Assembly: GCA_963666985.2 (NCBI GenBank)
Contig: CAXXIA010000002.1
Coordinates: 2,368,001 to 2,432,000, forward strand
Reading direction: 5' to 3'
Origin: Spirochaetia bacterium
GTDB taxonomy: Bacteria > Spirochaetota > Spirochaetia > DSM-2461
Length of the DNA stretch: 64,000 nucleotides
In this document: positions 1-9,457 of the stretch, one piece after another
Position numbering within the stretch: the first letter of the stretch is position 1
Layout: each line of letters opens with the position of its first letter
The notes under the pieces: model-generated
Seen by the model: only the letters and a program-made list of their open reading frames with translations
What the model was told of the DNA's origin: nothing
Databases searched by the model: none
Made by a program: the position numbers and the translations under genes

Positions 1-394
1 GCCGGGTTTTTCGGAGGCGCAGCCGGTACTCTTCGGTGGCGCGGCGGACGGCGGCACGGTGCAAAAACCGGCCGGTTCGGCTGAAAATGCCCCCAAAAAC
101 CCCTCACCGCCCGCATCGGACAGGATTTCTCCGCTGATTATCGCGGCCATGACCCGAAGCTGCGGAATAATTCGAGAGGAAAATTCTCCGCAGGAACATT
201 TTTCCGCCGAAATTTGGGACATGAGGGGACCATATATGCTTTTCCGGGGCAATGAAGAGGCCTACGGCCGAACCTTCGAAGCTCTTTTGAACCGCCGCAT
301 CCTTATCGCGCCGTCTTCGAACCGTCCTTCGGTCTTTCCCGTGGAACTTTCAGCCGGAGAAGCTTCCATCCTCGCCGCGGGAGGATACCGATAA
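1..394 (+). CDS. hypothetical protein, 5'-truncated by window edge
   Basis: Frame of ORF 59..394 is open back to position 2; stop abuts next gene at 396. Confidence 0.55.
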   Translation, partial: PGFSEAQPVLFGGAADGGTVQKPAGSAENAPKNPSPPASDRISPLIIAAMTRSCGIIREENSPQEHFSAEIWDMRGPYMLFRGNEEAYGRTFEALLNRRILIAPSSNRPSVFPVELSAGEASILAAGGYR

Positions 395-395
395 C

Positions 396-692
396 GTGAC
401 CGATAATGAAATCATTCCTGTTCTTATCCGATTGGTCTGTTCCTTTCTGGCGGCGTTCCCCGCAATCGCCCTGTGGTCCAAAACCCGGGACGCATCCTGG
501 ATGCTGATGGTCTTCGGTTCCCTTTTGTATTTCGTCGATTCTTTGTACTCGGTACTGGTGATGATCGGTCTTGTGACCTATTATCTTCCGTTCGCCGAAG
601 AGTTTCCGCTGCTTGAGTCCCTGCTTGCCGGTATTCCTTCTTTACTTTTGGCCGCGGGGTTTTTGATCTTTCTCATAAAAAACCGCCGTTAA
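396..692 (+). CDS. small membrane protein (about 3 TM), hypothetical
   Basis: 98 aa, three hydrophobic stretches, basic C-terminus. Confidence 0.7.
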   Translation: MTDNEIIPVLIRLVCSFLAAFPAIALWSKTRDASWMLMVFGSLLYFVDSLYSVLVMIGLVTYYLPFAEEFPLLESLLAGIPSLLLAAGFLIFLIKNRR

Positions 693-747
693 TCCCCACC
701 CTTGACGAAATACCTTGATTCGGTGAATATATACCGCCCACTAACCC

Positions 748-872
748 CCTTGGGTTTCATCCTTTATGAGGAGCGAAACACAGGACCGGGATCGGAAATC
801 CGTTTTCGTATTTAGCCACGGAAACGGTAATGCCGAATCCCAAAGGATGCCCCTGATGCTATAGGGGCGTTC
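748..872 (+). promoter_or_regulatory. candidate structured 5' leader of rplM-rpsI (possible L13-type leader)
   Basis: Stems 754-779, 800-809/818-827 and 849-854/863-868, outer pairing 748-754/839-846; TTGACG at 702-707 upstream. Confidence 0.4.
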
Positions 873-900
873 TTGTATACAGACTTGAGGCGGATTTGAC

Positions 901-1329
901 ATGAAAACGACTTATGTAAAACCAGCCGATGCGGACCGCAAGTGGTTCGTCATCGACGCGGCCGGAAAGCCTCTGGGCCGCGTAGCCGTTAAAGCGGCAT
1001 ACATTGCCCGCGGCAAGCACAAACCTTATTATGTCCCCTATCACGAAATCGGCGATTACGTCATTATCGTGAACGCGGACAAGGCCGAACTCACAGGGAA
1101 TAAAAAGCGGAACAAGCTTTATTACCGTCATTCGGACTACATCGGCGGCTTGAAAGTGGAAAACTACGAGAAACTCGTGGCACGAAAGCCCACCGCGCCG
1201 ATGGAGAAAGCCGTTCGCGGAATGCTTCCCCGCGGCCCCATGGGCAACAAGCTCTACAGAAACGTTAAAATCTATGCCGGCGCGGCGCATCCTCATGAAG
1301 CGCAGCAGCCCGAAGCCCTGGAACTCTAG
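901..1329 (+). CDS. rplM: 50S ribosomal protein L13
   Basis: RKWFVIDA..LGR, GKHKP, GDYVIIVNA, VRGMLP, HPHEAQQP motifs. Confidence 0.99.
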   Translation: MKTTYVKPADADRKWFVIDAAGKPLGRVAVKAAYIARGKHKPYYVPYHEIGDYVIIVNADKAELTGNKKRNKLYYRHSDYIGGLKVENYEKLVARKPTAPMEKAVRGMLPRGPMGNKLYRNVKIYAGAAHPHEAQQPEALEL

Positions 1330-1338
1330 GAGATCATC

Positions 1339-1731
1339 GTGGTTAAAATTTTGTCCAACGGCACAGGCCGACGCAAGACTTCCGTAGCCCGGGTGTATAT
1401 CCGGGAAGGCGCTCCCGGAATCAAGGTGAACGGGAAAAATCTGGATGAGTATTTTCCCCTGGAAACATTAAGGGATATCATCAAGATGCCCCTGCAGGTT
1501 ACGTCCAATGAGGATAAGCTGAACATCCTGGTTAATGTCCGCGGCGGCGGCATCAACGGCCAGGCGGGCGCCATCCGACACGGCATCGCGCGGGCTCTGG
1601 TTGAGCTCGACGAAACCAATCGTCCTTCATTGAAGGCCAACGGCTTCCTGACTCGGGATGCCCGTATGGTCGAACGGAAAAAGTATGGCCGGCCCGGAGC
1701 CCGGAAGAAGTTCCAGTTCTCCAAGCGCTAG
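1339..1731 (+). CDS. rpsI: 30S ribosomal protein S9
   Basis: [56 protein letters not shown]. Confidence 0.99.
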   Translation: MVKILSNGTGRRKTSVARVYIREGAPGIKVNGKNLDEYFPLETLRDIIKMPLQVTSNEDKLNILVNVRGGGINGQAGAIRHGIARALVELDETNRPSLKANGFLTRDARMVERKKYGRPGARKKFQFSKR

Positions 1732-2365
1732 AATTTCATCCCTTTCGAGAGAGGGAGCCGACGGGAGCGTGCTGCGCGTGCGCCTCGACGACGGCTCCCT
1801 TTTTTTATTGGATAACCCCTCCGCGGCCCGGGCCGCGGAGGCCTGTCGGAATGCCGCCGAATCCGTTCCCGCGCATCTCAGGGCCGCTCTTGAAGCGGCC
1901 GATGAAGCCTACCGCTGCAGGCGGAAGGCCCTGGACCTTTTGGCCCGTGCGGAGCAGTGCCGCAAAGGCCTGGAGGCAAAGCTCGCTAAGAAGGGATTTT
2001 CACGGGAAGCGGCGGCGGATGCACTGGACCGCCTGGAGTCTTCCGGATATCTGGACGATGGGCGCTTTGCCGAGGCCTGGGTCCGCTCCCGCCTGCGCAT
2101 CCGTCCGGAAGGCCGGACCCGTCTTCTTACCGCTCTGATGGCCAAGGGCATCGCCGCGGAAACGGCCCGGATCGCCGTGGAGGCGGTCCTTTCGGAATCG
2201 GGCGATCCGGATGATGCCGAACGTGCGGCCTTGGAGAGGGCGCGTCTGAAACTGCTCAGGCGCTCCGGAATGAATAATGAGAAACTCACCGCCGCGCTTT
2301 TGCGAAAAGGATTTCCCTATGCTGCCGTTCGTTCGGCAGTACAAAGCGGTGAGAATACCGAATAG
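1685..2365 (+). CDS. recX: regulatory protein RecX (start uncertain: 1658, 1685, 1733 or 1769)
   Basis: [33 protein letters not shown]...L..KGI, LLRKGF three-helix repeats; follows rplM-rpsI as in Treponema. Confidence 0.9.
   Translation: MAGPEPGRSSSSPSARISSLSREGADGSVLRVRLDDGSLFLLDNPSAARAAEACRNAAESVPAHLRAALEAADEAYRCRRKALDLLARAEQCRKGLEAKLAKKGFSREAAADALDRLESSGYLDDGRFAEAWVRSRLRIRPEGRTRLLTALMAKGIAAETARIAVEAVLSESGDPDDAERAALERARLKLLRRSGMNNEKLTAALLRKGFPYAAVRSAVQSGENTE
1752..1806 (+). terminator. intrinsic terminator-like hairpin after rpsI, lying inside the recX frame
   Basis: AGGGAGCCG(1752-60)/CGGCTCCCT(1792-1800) followed by T-tract. Confidence 0.65.
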
Positions 2366-2499
2366 CCCGATGTTCGTTCGCCTTTGCCGGATGAATACCC
2401 AATGGGCCCGAATCGGCGAACTCGGAATCCGTCGGTCTTCCCGAAAATCGAACCTCCGAAATAATGCAACTTGCCGAACTACCCGTTATGCTGAAGGAG

Positions 2500-2772
2500 A
2501 TGAACGCACGTCATTTCATTATCAGCGGGTATGTTCAAGGCGTGGGCTTTCGATGGTTTACGCTGCGTCGGGCCCGTTTCCTGGGATTGGACGGATGGGT
2601 TCGCAATTGTTCCGACGGGACCGTTGAGGTTTGGGCCGAAGGAAGTGAAGATGCGCTGGACTCCCTGGAAGCTTCTTTAAAAGGCGGACCGCCGGGAGCC
2701 TCCGTTCGGGACGTCCGGATTGAATCCGCCGAGGCCACCTGCGCCGGCGGCGGTTTTGACGTAACGTATTAG
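2500..2772 (+). CDS. acyP: acylphosphatase
   Basis: ISGYVQGVGFR and GWVRN..DGTVEV signatures, GPP. Confidence 0.95.
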   Translation: MNARHFIISGYVQGVGFRWFTLRRARFLGLDGWVRNCSDGTVEVWAEGSEDALDSLEASLKGGPPGASVRDVRIESAEATCAGGGFDVTY

Positions 2773-2942
2773 CCCGCAGGTGTTCGGCTGCCGATTGTAT
2801 CTTCCTTAGGGTCGGAAGGAAAACGGAAAGGCATACACGCTTCGGTACGGTATTTCTTTTGAGCGGCCGTTTCACAGAGTCGGGACGGATCTCAAAAAAT
2901 CCGAATGTCTCACAGAATCGTCGGGCCGAAGAACTGCGGAAC

Positions 2943-2972
2943 TTGATCAACCGGGGAAGTCCGTTATATATT
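2943..2972 (+). promoter_or_regulatory. putative sigma70 promoter of tRNA-Ala
   Basis: TTGATC ... TATATA/TATATT with 16-18 nt spacer just before the tRNA. Confidence 0.5.
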
Positions 2973-2982
2973 TTGCACCCGC

Positions 2983-3055
2983 GGGGGATTAGCTCAGTTG
3001 GTAGAGCGGTTGGTTCGCAATCAACAGGTCAGGGGTTCGAATCCCCTATCCTCCA
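2983..3055 (+). tRNA. tRNA-Ala(CGC), CCA not encoded
   Basis: Acceptor GGGGGAT/ATCCTCC with G3:U70, D-arm AGCTCAGTTGGTAGAGC, anticodon arm GTTGG-TTCGCAA-TCAAC, T-loop GTTCGAATC. Confidence 0.98.
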
Positions 3056-3072
3056 AAAACCATTTTGAACAC

Positions 3073-3097
3073 GCCGTCCTCACCGGACGGCTTTTTT
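3073..3097 (+). terminator. intrinsic terminator after tRNA
   Basis: GCCGTCC-TCACC-GGACGGC-T6. Confidence 0.85.
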
Positions 3098-3311
3098 ATG
3101 CCTGCTCGCCTGCAATAAAGAGGCGGTGGAGTCTTTGCATGACCGGTCGCATTATCGCTTTTCTTAGGCGAATTGCAGGCAGAGGGCTTATCTGTTGAGC
3201 TTCGGAAAGCGAGAACTCTTTTTTAGGATTCCGTAGGCGGATTATGTACGTCGGTCCGCATTGCCGGAATCCCACCGGCGGAAGATCGGAAAAACAGCGG
3301 AAATCTAATCC

Positions 3312-3950
3312 TTAAACCGATTTCGCTATTCGGTAGCGAAGAATGGTCTTCAGTTTTTCCGGTGCGGTTTTTCTAAAATCACTGAGGTATATCTCGCGAT
3401 GGGAATGGGCGGTTCGCTCATAGCCTTCATTTGTAATGTATTCCTCCATACGGGCAAAACTCGCCGCTTCATCATCGAAGGGACCGATGTGGAGAAGCTG
3501 ACAGCACAGCCCGTCGGTCATGGCTTCAAAGCGTAATTTCGATAAAGCGCCGCTCTCCGGTCCGGTTTTTTTTTCCTGTGTCATGACTTTTGCGCGTTCG
3601 AACAATTTCTTATCCACAAAAGAAGGCTGCCGGATCATAATCGTCCAGGAAAGTTTATCTTTCTGTGCTGCGTCGAATCCCTTCATATCGGTAACATCCC
3701 AGAGACCTTCCAGAGGCGGGACCGTGTATTCAAAATAACCTTCCGGCATAACTCCCTTCTTCGGCATCATCTTGATTGTGTAAGACAGTCCGTAAAGGGC
3801 CGCGACGGCTTCCGTGAAAGCTCCGCTTGTGTTCGGATTGCCGGTGCCTGAAATCGCTGCGAATTTCATTTTCGGTACCTCGACAATCTGCGGCGTTTTC
3901 GCGGACGGCTTATAGAGGGCGTCTTTTTTTACTTCCCATTTCTCGCTCAT
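3312..3950 (-). CDS. GyrI-like small-molecule-binding domain protein
   Basis: G.GNPN, PLEGLW, WTIMIRQP, HIGPFDDE, HREIYLSD.RK motifs. Confidence 0.85.
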   Translation of the reverse strand: MSEKWEVKKDALYKPSAKTPQIVEVPKMKFAAISGTGNPNTSGAFTEAVAALYGLSYTIKMMPKKGVMPEGYFEYTVPPLEGLWDVTDMKGFDAAQKDKLSWTIMIRQPSFVDKKLFERAKVMTQEKKTGPESGALSKLRFEAMTDGLCCQLLHIGPFDDEAASFARMEEYITNEGYERTAHSHREIYLSDFRKTAPEKLKTILRYRIAKSV

Positions 3951-4066
3951 GCTTTTTCTCCTTCCGAATGAACTCTGGCGCCATTATGGAGGGGGATATA
4001 CGAAGACCCTATGTCGTCTATTTTAAATTATTCCAAGAAAAACGCGGAAATAACCGCTTTAAAGAC

Positions 4067-5311
4067 TTAATCTCGACCGGCTTGTTTAAAAAGAGCGAAA
4101 CCGAAAGAGAAGAGCGCCCCGAAAACGGCAAGGGACCAGAGTCCCCAATGATCCGCCGCGAGTCCGATGAGAGGCGCGGCGAGAACCAAATACAGCGATC
4201 CTGCCTGGGAATCGATGGACAAAATCGTCGCTCCGACGGCGGCATCGCTGACCGTATCGATTCGGCTCATCATGATGGGCCTCCAGGTATTCTGAATAAT
4301 AACAACGAGAGCCAGGGCGGCGATGGAAAGCGTATCCCGGCCCGCCAGGAGCAGGAACGCGGCGATGCCGAATAAGAATCCGTCGATAATCCAGAGAATC
4401 TTCGACGATTTTTCGTGTCCGCCGTATTTATCGGAGAAAACTTGAGATTTCCGGGAAGCCAGACTGGAAGCGATGTACAGAACGAAATAGACGATTCCTA
4501 TGAGCAGAGCCTCGCGGGATTCGGATTTCCAGGCCAACAGGAAGGGGAGCGTCAGAACGGTTTGCCGGATAATGGGCTGGAGATAATCTTTTGTCAGCGA
4601 GGCATTCCCCTGGTGGACCGCGGATTCCAGAAACAGTCCCCGGAGCCGCTTGTTTTTGAGTGAGTCTTTTATAACGTTCCAAAGATTGACGACAAATGTT
4701 TTCAATTGAGATCCGAGAGGCTCGGAGCCGTCCCTTTCCAGTGCGACTTTTCCATCCAAATAAGACGGATAGCCCAGGAAGTTGATGATGTTGATCAGGT
4801 AGGGAATGATGGAAAGGAGAAAAATAAGCTTATAATCGCGGGTTAAGATCACGGCCGCGGCGGCCAGCAGAACCGAAACGGCCGCGCCGATTTGGCTCCA
4901 GGATCGGGTGTATCCGTAGTATTTGGTTTTTTCCTCGGTTTTTCCCACGGAGGCCAGCCAATCGAAAATCATGGCCTTATGGGTTCCCGTACGGAAAGCA
5001 TCGCCGACGGCATAGAAGAACATCGCGGCGAAAAGCTGCCAGAGGGACGGGGCGAAGGCGAAAATGAGAAAACTGATGATATAGGCGGTGAAGGAGGCGA
5101 TCATCGAGCGCCGGCGTCCGAATTGATCGGCGATGAGTCCGGAGGGGATTTCGAGGATATTGATCCAGATTTTGTTGAAGGCAATCAGAAATCCGATAAC
5201 GAAATAACTCAGTCCTCTATCGAGGAACGCCAGAAGAAGGAAAGGTTCGAAATATTTCTGGTTCTTGAGGAAACCGTAAAGAGAAAATCGGGGCAGCATA
5301 TCCTTGGCCAT
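4067..5311 (-). CDS. MFS transporter
   Basis: About 12 TM segments, motif A EIPSGLIADQFGRR. Confidence 0.9.
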   Translation of the reverse strand: MAKDMLPRFSLYGFLKNQKYFEPFLLLAFLDRGLSYFVIGFLIAFNKIWINILEIPSGLIADQFGRRRSMIASFTAYIISFLIFAFAPSLWQLFAAMFFYAVGDAFRTGTHKAMIFDWLASVGKTEEKTKYYGYTRSWSQIGAAVSVLLAAAAVILTRDYKLIFLLSIIPYLINIINFLGYPSYLDGKVALERDGSEPLGSQLKTFVVNLWNVIKDSLKNKRLRGLFLESAVHQGNASLTKDYLQPIIRQTVLTLPFLLAWKSESREALLIGIVYFVLYIASSLASRKSQVFSDKYGGHEKSSKILWIIDGFLFGIAAFLLLAGRDTLSIAALALVVIIQNTWRPIMMSRIDTVSDAAVGATILSIDSQAGSLYLVLAAPLIGLAADHWGLWSLAVFGALFSFGFALFKQAGRD

Positions 5312-5408
5312 AAAGCATTATAGCATTCATCGGCCGTGAGGAAATCTGTCGGACGGGACTCCTGGTATCCGCGAACGAAGGATTATGTATCGGAAGCAAT
5401 CGGCTTCT

Positions 5409-7259
5409 TTATTCCTTATCATCCGTCTTGAAAACGGAAATGGATTGATCCAGGTCTTTGCCTATGCTGTTGATTCCGTGGCTGAGTTCCGTCAGATGTG
5501 CCATGATCTGGTTGATTTCTCCAAGGCCCAGGGAGATTTCCTTGATGCCGGCGGTTACCTCTTCGGATACTTGTTTTACATGAGAAACACTTTCGTCCAC
5601 GGTTCCCGTCTGTTTGCGCATGGTTCTGGAACTCCGTCCCACCTTAGCGCTTGTATCGTTGAGATCCGTCATGGCTTTTTGAATCTCCGTACTGCCGGCT
5701 TCCAGTTCATTAAGAGCGGCGTGTATTTCTTCATAGGATTTGTTGACTTCCATTACCCGCGTATCGAGGATCGCGAAGGCCTGCCGGGTTTCGTTTCCGG
5801 CGGTGAACGCGGTTTGGATGGCCTCGATCATATTATTGAGCTGTTCTGAAATTTTCTTGGAGTTTTGTGACGAAGCTTCCGCCAATTTTCGTATTTCGTC
5901 GGCTACCACGCTGAACCCTCTGCCGGCGTCTCCGGCATGAGCCGCTTCGATGGCGGCGTTCATGGCTAAGAGGTTCGTGCGTGAGGCGATGGTTTGTATA
6001 ATCCCCGTGATGTCTTTCACGCCTCCGAGACCGTCTTGAATTGATGCGATGGTTTTGGTGGTTTCCTCAAGAAGCTGTCCGCCTTTTTCGGCGGCGAGAG
6101 CGAGTTCTTCGGTTGATTCCGCACTTCGGTTTGTGATGCTGCCGACGCTCCGGATGGATGCGATCATTTCCGTTACGGCCGCTGTGGATTCCTCCACCAT
6201 TGCTATCTGTTCTTCCAGCCCATGATCGGTTTCTTCTATTGCCTCCGAGATTCCCGAGACGGCTCCCGCGGATTCCGATACGCTCTGATCCAGAATCCCG
6301 ACTTGCCGGCCGATCGATTCGGTGCTTTCCTTCATTTCCACGATGGCGGCCGATGCCTGCTCTATGGTTCCGGAAAGATCGTCTCGGGTTTCACGGCTTG
6401 AGTCCGCTGCGGCGCGGATGTTTTTCACGGAGTCCGACAGACTTCGTGAAAACTGCGAGAGGGTTCTGGTAAGGTGCCCGAGTTCATCCTTTGTTTTAAG
6501 AGTCTTTTTTTCCGTAAGATCACCCGATTCCAAATCGAGCATTCCGCCGTTGAGAACCCCGACGGCTCTGCCGATGAGGCCCGCGATGATGGAGGAAATC
6601 ATGAGAGAGAGGGCCGTAACCAAAAGAGATATGGCCCCCGCGATTATCAGGCTGCGGATAAGGACCGCATGAATCTCCTTTTCGATTATTTCCCCTTGTT
6701 TTTCGATTGTTTCCACGGTTGTAACAATATTGGAGAGAATAATGGAGGCCGTCTCTTCGTATTGCAGCACCTTGGCCTGGAAATAATTGCTGCGGTCCGC
6801 TTTGATGACGTAATAATTATCCGGCAGAATCTTCAGTTGAAAGTTCAAATCGATGGTGGTAAGACTCGTGAATTCCGATTCTATTTTAGAGAGAATGTCG
6901 AGAGCGAGGTCGATTTTCCCTTCTTGAAGATTCCTCAGTCTTCCGACCGTATCCAGAGCTTCTTTTATGGCTTCACTTGTTTTCGGGAGCTGTGTCAGTT
7001 CCTCAATGGCGTTGAACGCCTCATCCGAACGGGCCAGAGCCGCGTCCAGTTCGGTTCTTTTTAATTTATAAATTCCAGATTCAATATTAAGAAGTGAAAT
7101 CCCCAGGGCGTTTTGGGCGTCTTTCAGTTCCGTGATGACACTCTGTTCCGATTGAATCTTCAGAATGGGGGCTAGAAAACCCAGTAAAATCAGAACGATT
7201 GCCAACCCGCCCGCGATAGCTATGCCGACGAGTAACGTTAGTTTCGACTTGAGTTTCAT
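5409..7259 (-). CDS. methyl-accepting chemotaxis protein
   Basis: 2 TM, HAMP (DELG), [45 protein letters not shown] before ATG 7259. Confidence 0.95.
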   Translation of the reverse strand: MKLKSKLTLLVGIAIAGGLAIVLILLGFLAPILKIQSEQSVITELKDAQNALGISLLNIESGIYKLKRTELDAALARSDEAFNAIEELTQLPKTSEAIKEALDTVGRLRNLQEGKIDLALDILSKIESEFTSLTTIDLNFQLKILPDNYYVIKADRSNYFQAKVLQYEETASIILSNIVTTVETIEKQGEIIEKEIHAVLIRSLIIAGAISLLVTALSLMISSIIAGLIGRAVGVLNGGMLDLESGDLTEKKTLKTKDELGHLTRTLSQFSRSLSDSVKNIRAAADSSRETRDDLSGTIEQASAAIVEMKESTESIGRQVGILDQSVSESAGAVSGISEAIEETDHGLEEQIAMVEESTAAVTEMIASIRSVGSITNRSAESTEELALAAEKGGQLLEETTKTIASIQDGLGGVKDITGIIQTIASRTNLLAMNAAIEAAHAGDAGRGFSVVADEIRKLAEASSQNSKKISEQLNNMIEAIQTAFTAGNETRQAFAILDTRVMEVNKSYEEIHAALNELEAGSTEIQKAMTDLNDTSAKVGRSSRTMRKQTGTVDESVSHVKQVSEEVTAGIKEISLGLGEINQIMAHLTELSHGINSIGKDLDQSISVFKTDDKE

Positions 7260-7488
7260 TGTGAACCTCGTTTCTTTTGTGGCTATCATTGTAACCCAAG
7301 ACATTGTTTATCCGTGTTACTTTTTTGTTCTCAGTGAAAAAAGTCACTGAAAATGATGCGCTTCGGGATTTATCCGGATAGAAAGCCGATTTGGAGAAGA
7401 TAGGGATTCGAAAGACTGCGGCTCTTCGGGTTTTTACGGTAAAATCCGAACAGCCGGCATAAAGGGCCGCGAGATAAGGAGCACAACG

Positions 7489-8439
7489 ATGAATAAGGAC
7501 GGATTGAAGGGGAAGACTGCGGTTGTTACCGGCGGCGGCGGTGTTCTCGGGCGGGCCATGGCCGCAGCGCTTGCGCGTTCCGGCGCTCGTGTCGCCCTTA
7601 TCGGACGAACACCGGCTCCTCTTGAAGAGGCTTCGGAAGAACTCAAGTCTCTGGGCGCCGAATCGCTTGCCGTTCCCGCCGATGTTTTGGACGAACGCGC
7701 CTGCAGGCGGGCGTGCGGGTGCGTAACAAAAGGATTCGGAACGGTCGATATTCTGGTGAATGCCGCGGGAGGCGCTTCTCCGAAAGCTTCGACGGAAATC
7801 GAGCAGATTCTCCTTCCCGGGAAGGATCGGGGCGGGAATTCCGAAAAAGATTATTCGGAGATCGAACGAATTCGGCATTCCGATGAGCGCTCCCTCGGTG
7901 AGAATCCCGATGATTCGGCTAACGCGGGAAACGCGGATCAGAATTATCTTCGATCCATCCTGGATGTGTCTTTCGATGCCTTCCGGGGAACGGCCGATTT
8001 GAATTTTCTCGGAACTTTTCTGCCGACTCAAGCCTTTCTCCCCGAGCTGCTGGCTTCGGGGGGGTGCATCGTGAACATTACGTCCATGGGCGCTCAATGG
8101 CCTCTGACCAAGAGTCCGGCTTATTCGGCGGGGAAAGCGGCCGTAGAGAATTACACGAAGTGGCTGGCCGTTCATTTGGCCCGAGCGGGCGTGAGGGTGA
8201 ACGCCATTTCTCCCGGATTCTTTTTAACGAAACAGAATCGTTTCCTGTTGGTGGATGAAGAAACGGGAGAAATGAAACCGCGCGGACGCAAGATTCTCGA
8301 CGGAACTCCGATGGGGCGTTTCGGAAAGCCCGAAGAGCTTTGCGGCGCCCTTCTGTGGCTGGTATCCGGAGAAGCGAGTTTCGTTACCGGCGCCGTGATT
8401 CCCGTGGACGGGGGCTTCGGCGCGTACGGAGGGGTTTGA
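7489..8439 (+). CDS. SDR oxidoreductase, D-mannonate oxidoreductase-like subfamily
   Basis: TGGGGVLG, VNAAGG..PKA, PLTK.PAYSAGK (YxxxK), RVNAISPGFF.T.QNR, VDGGF. Confidence 0.85.
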   Translation: MNKDGLKGKTAVVTGGGGVLGRAMAAALARSGARVALIGRTPAPLEEASEELKSLGAESLAVPADVLDERACRRACGCVTKGFGTVDILVNAAGGASPKASTEIEQILLPGKDRGGNSEKDYSEIERIRHSDERSLGENPDDSANAGNADQNYLRSILDVSFDAFRGTADLNFLGTFLPTQAFLPELLASGGCIVNITSMGAQWPLTKSPAYSAGKAAVENYTKWLAVHLARAGVRVNAISPGFFLTKQNRFLLVDEETGEMKPRGRKILDGTPMGRFGKPEELCGALLWLVSGEASFVTGAVIPVDGGFGAYGGV

Positions 8440-8560
8440 ATCCCGGAGGATTGCCGTTCCTCAATTTCGTATTTTGAAACCGCCGCCGGGCGTTTTCGGC
8501 TGTGCTTCGGCCGCGGTCGGCTCCTGTATCGCCGCCGACTTTTCCCGTTTACAATGAGAT

Positions 8561-9457
8561 ATGGACTTTCTGGATCTGCTTTTTCCATCGGGTTCCGGTG
8601 CCGCCGCGCTGGTGGGCGCCGGAGGGAAGACTTCGATAATGAACCGGACATCCCGTGAAGCGGCCCTCCGGAAATCCTCTCTTGTATTAACCGTTTCGAC
8701 CAAGCTGCAGCGTCCCGCTCCCGTGGATGCGGATCGGATTTATTGCGGGGCCGATGCGCTCGGGCCGCGTCCGGGGAAGGGCGAGCGCGTTCTCTGGGTC
8801 GGAGAGCCCGTTTTCGGCGGGAAAAAATGGAGCGGCCCGGCTCTTTCGGCGATTGAAGGATTTGTCGCGCTTCGGCCTGAATTCCCGATTCTGGTGGAGG
8901 CCGACGGCGCCGCGTGCCGGTCCGTGAAAGCTCCCGGCGGCGGGGAGCCCGTGATTCCGGCGGGAACCGATACGGTCGCGGCCGTTATCGGGCTTTCGGC
9001 TCTGGGATGTCCGATCGGTGAAGAACTGATTCACCGGCTTGATTCTTTTTTGGCGATAACGGATGCGCGAATCGGCGAGCCTCTCGGCCTAGAACATCTT
9101 GTCCGGCTGATTGTTCACCCGCGAGGGAGTTTTAAGGATTGTCCCGACTCGGCACGGAAGATTGTCGTTCTGAATCAGGCGGATACGGCCGGGGAGGGCT
9201 TCTTTGCCGGAAATGCGGCCGCTAAGAGCGCGGGTGAAGGTTCTTCCGCCGGATCTGCGGCAGGCATGGATGCCGCGGCCGCCGGCGAGAAGGCTTCCGA
9301 AAGGTTTCCGGATGAGTGCGCCGCCGATAAGACCGCTGGCGAGAGTGCTGCCGAGCGGATTAAAGAAGGGCTGATTTCGGCGGGCTTCGCCGGGGTCACC
9401 CTGGCGCTTTCTTCAATTGGCCACAATCCCCCAATTTGGAGTATCGTAGAGTTATGA
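8561..9457 (+). CDS. yqeC: selenium-dependent molybdenum hydroxylase accessory protein YqeC
   Basis: VGAGGKTS, ILVEADGA...KAP..EPVIP, V.G.SALG, LNQAD; ATGA overlap with yqeB. Confidence 0.88.
   Translation: MDFLDLLFPSGSGAAALVGAGGKTSIMNRTSREAALRKSSLVLTVSTKLQRPAPVDADRIYCGADALGPRPGKGERVLWVGEPVFGGKKWSGPALSAIEGFVALRPEFPILVEADGAACRSVKAPGGGEPVIPAGTDTVAAVIGLSALGCPIGEELIHRLDSFLAITDARIGEPLGLEHLVRLIVHPRGSFKDCPDSARKIVVLNQADTAGEGFFAGNAAAKSAGEGSSAGSAAGMDAAAAGEKASERFPDECAADKTAGESAAERIKEGLISAGFAGVTLALSSIGHNPPIWSIVEL

Noticed and set aside
761..780. CTTTATGAG...CGAAAC resembling a hammerhead ribozyme core
   Set aside because: CUGAUGA consensus is broken, and there is no stem II or matching cleavage-site arms
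825..835. CGGTAATGCCG resembling the TPP riboswitch P5/L5
   Set aside because: CUGAGA and CUGAU conserved elements are absent, and rplM is not a TPP-type context
2983..3055. tRNA-Ala as an island integration site
   Set aside because: No integrase nearby and no duplicated tRNA 3' end found in the window
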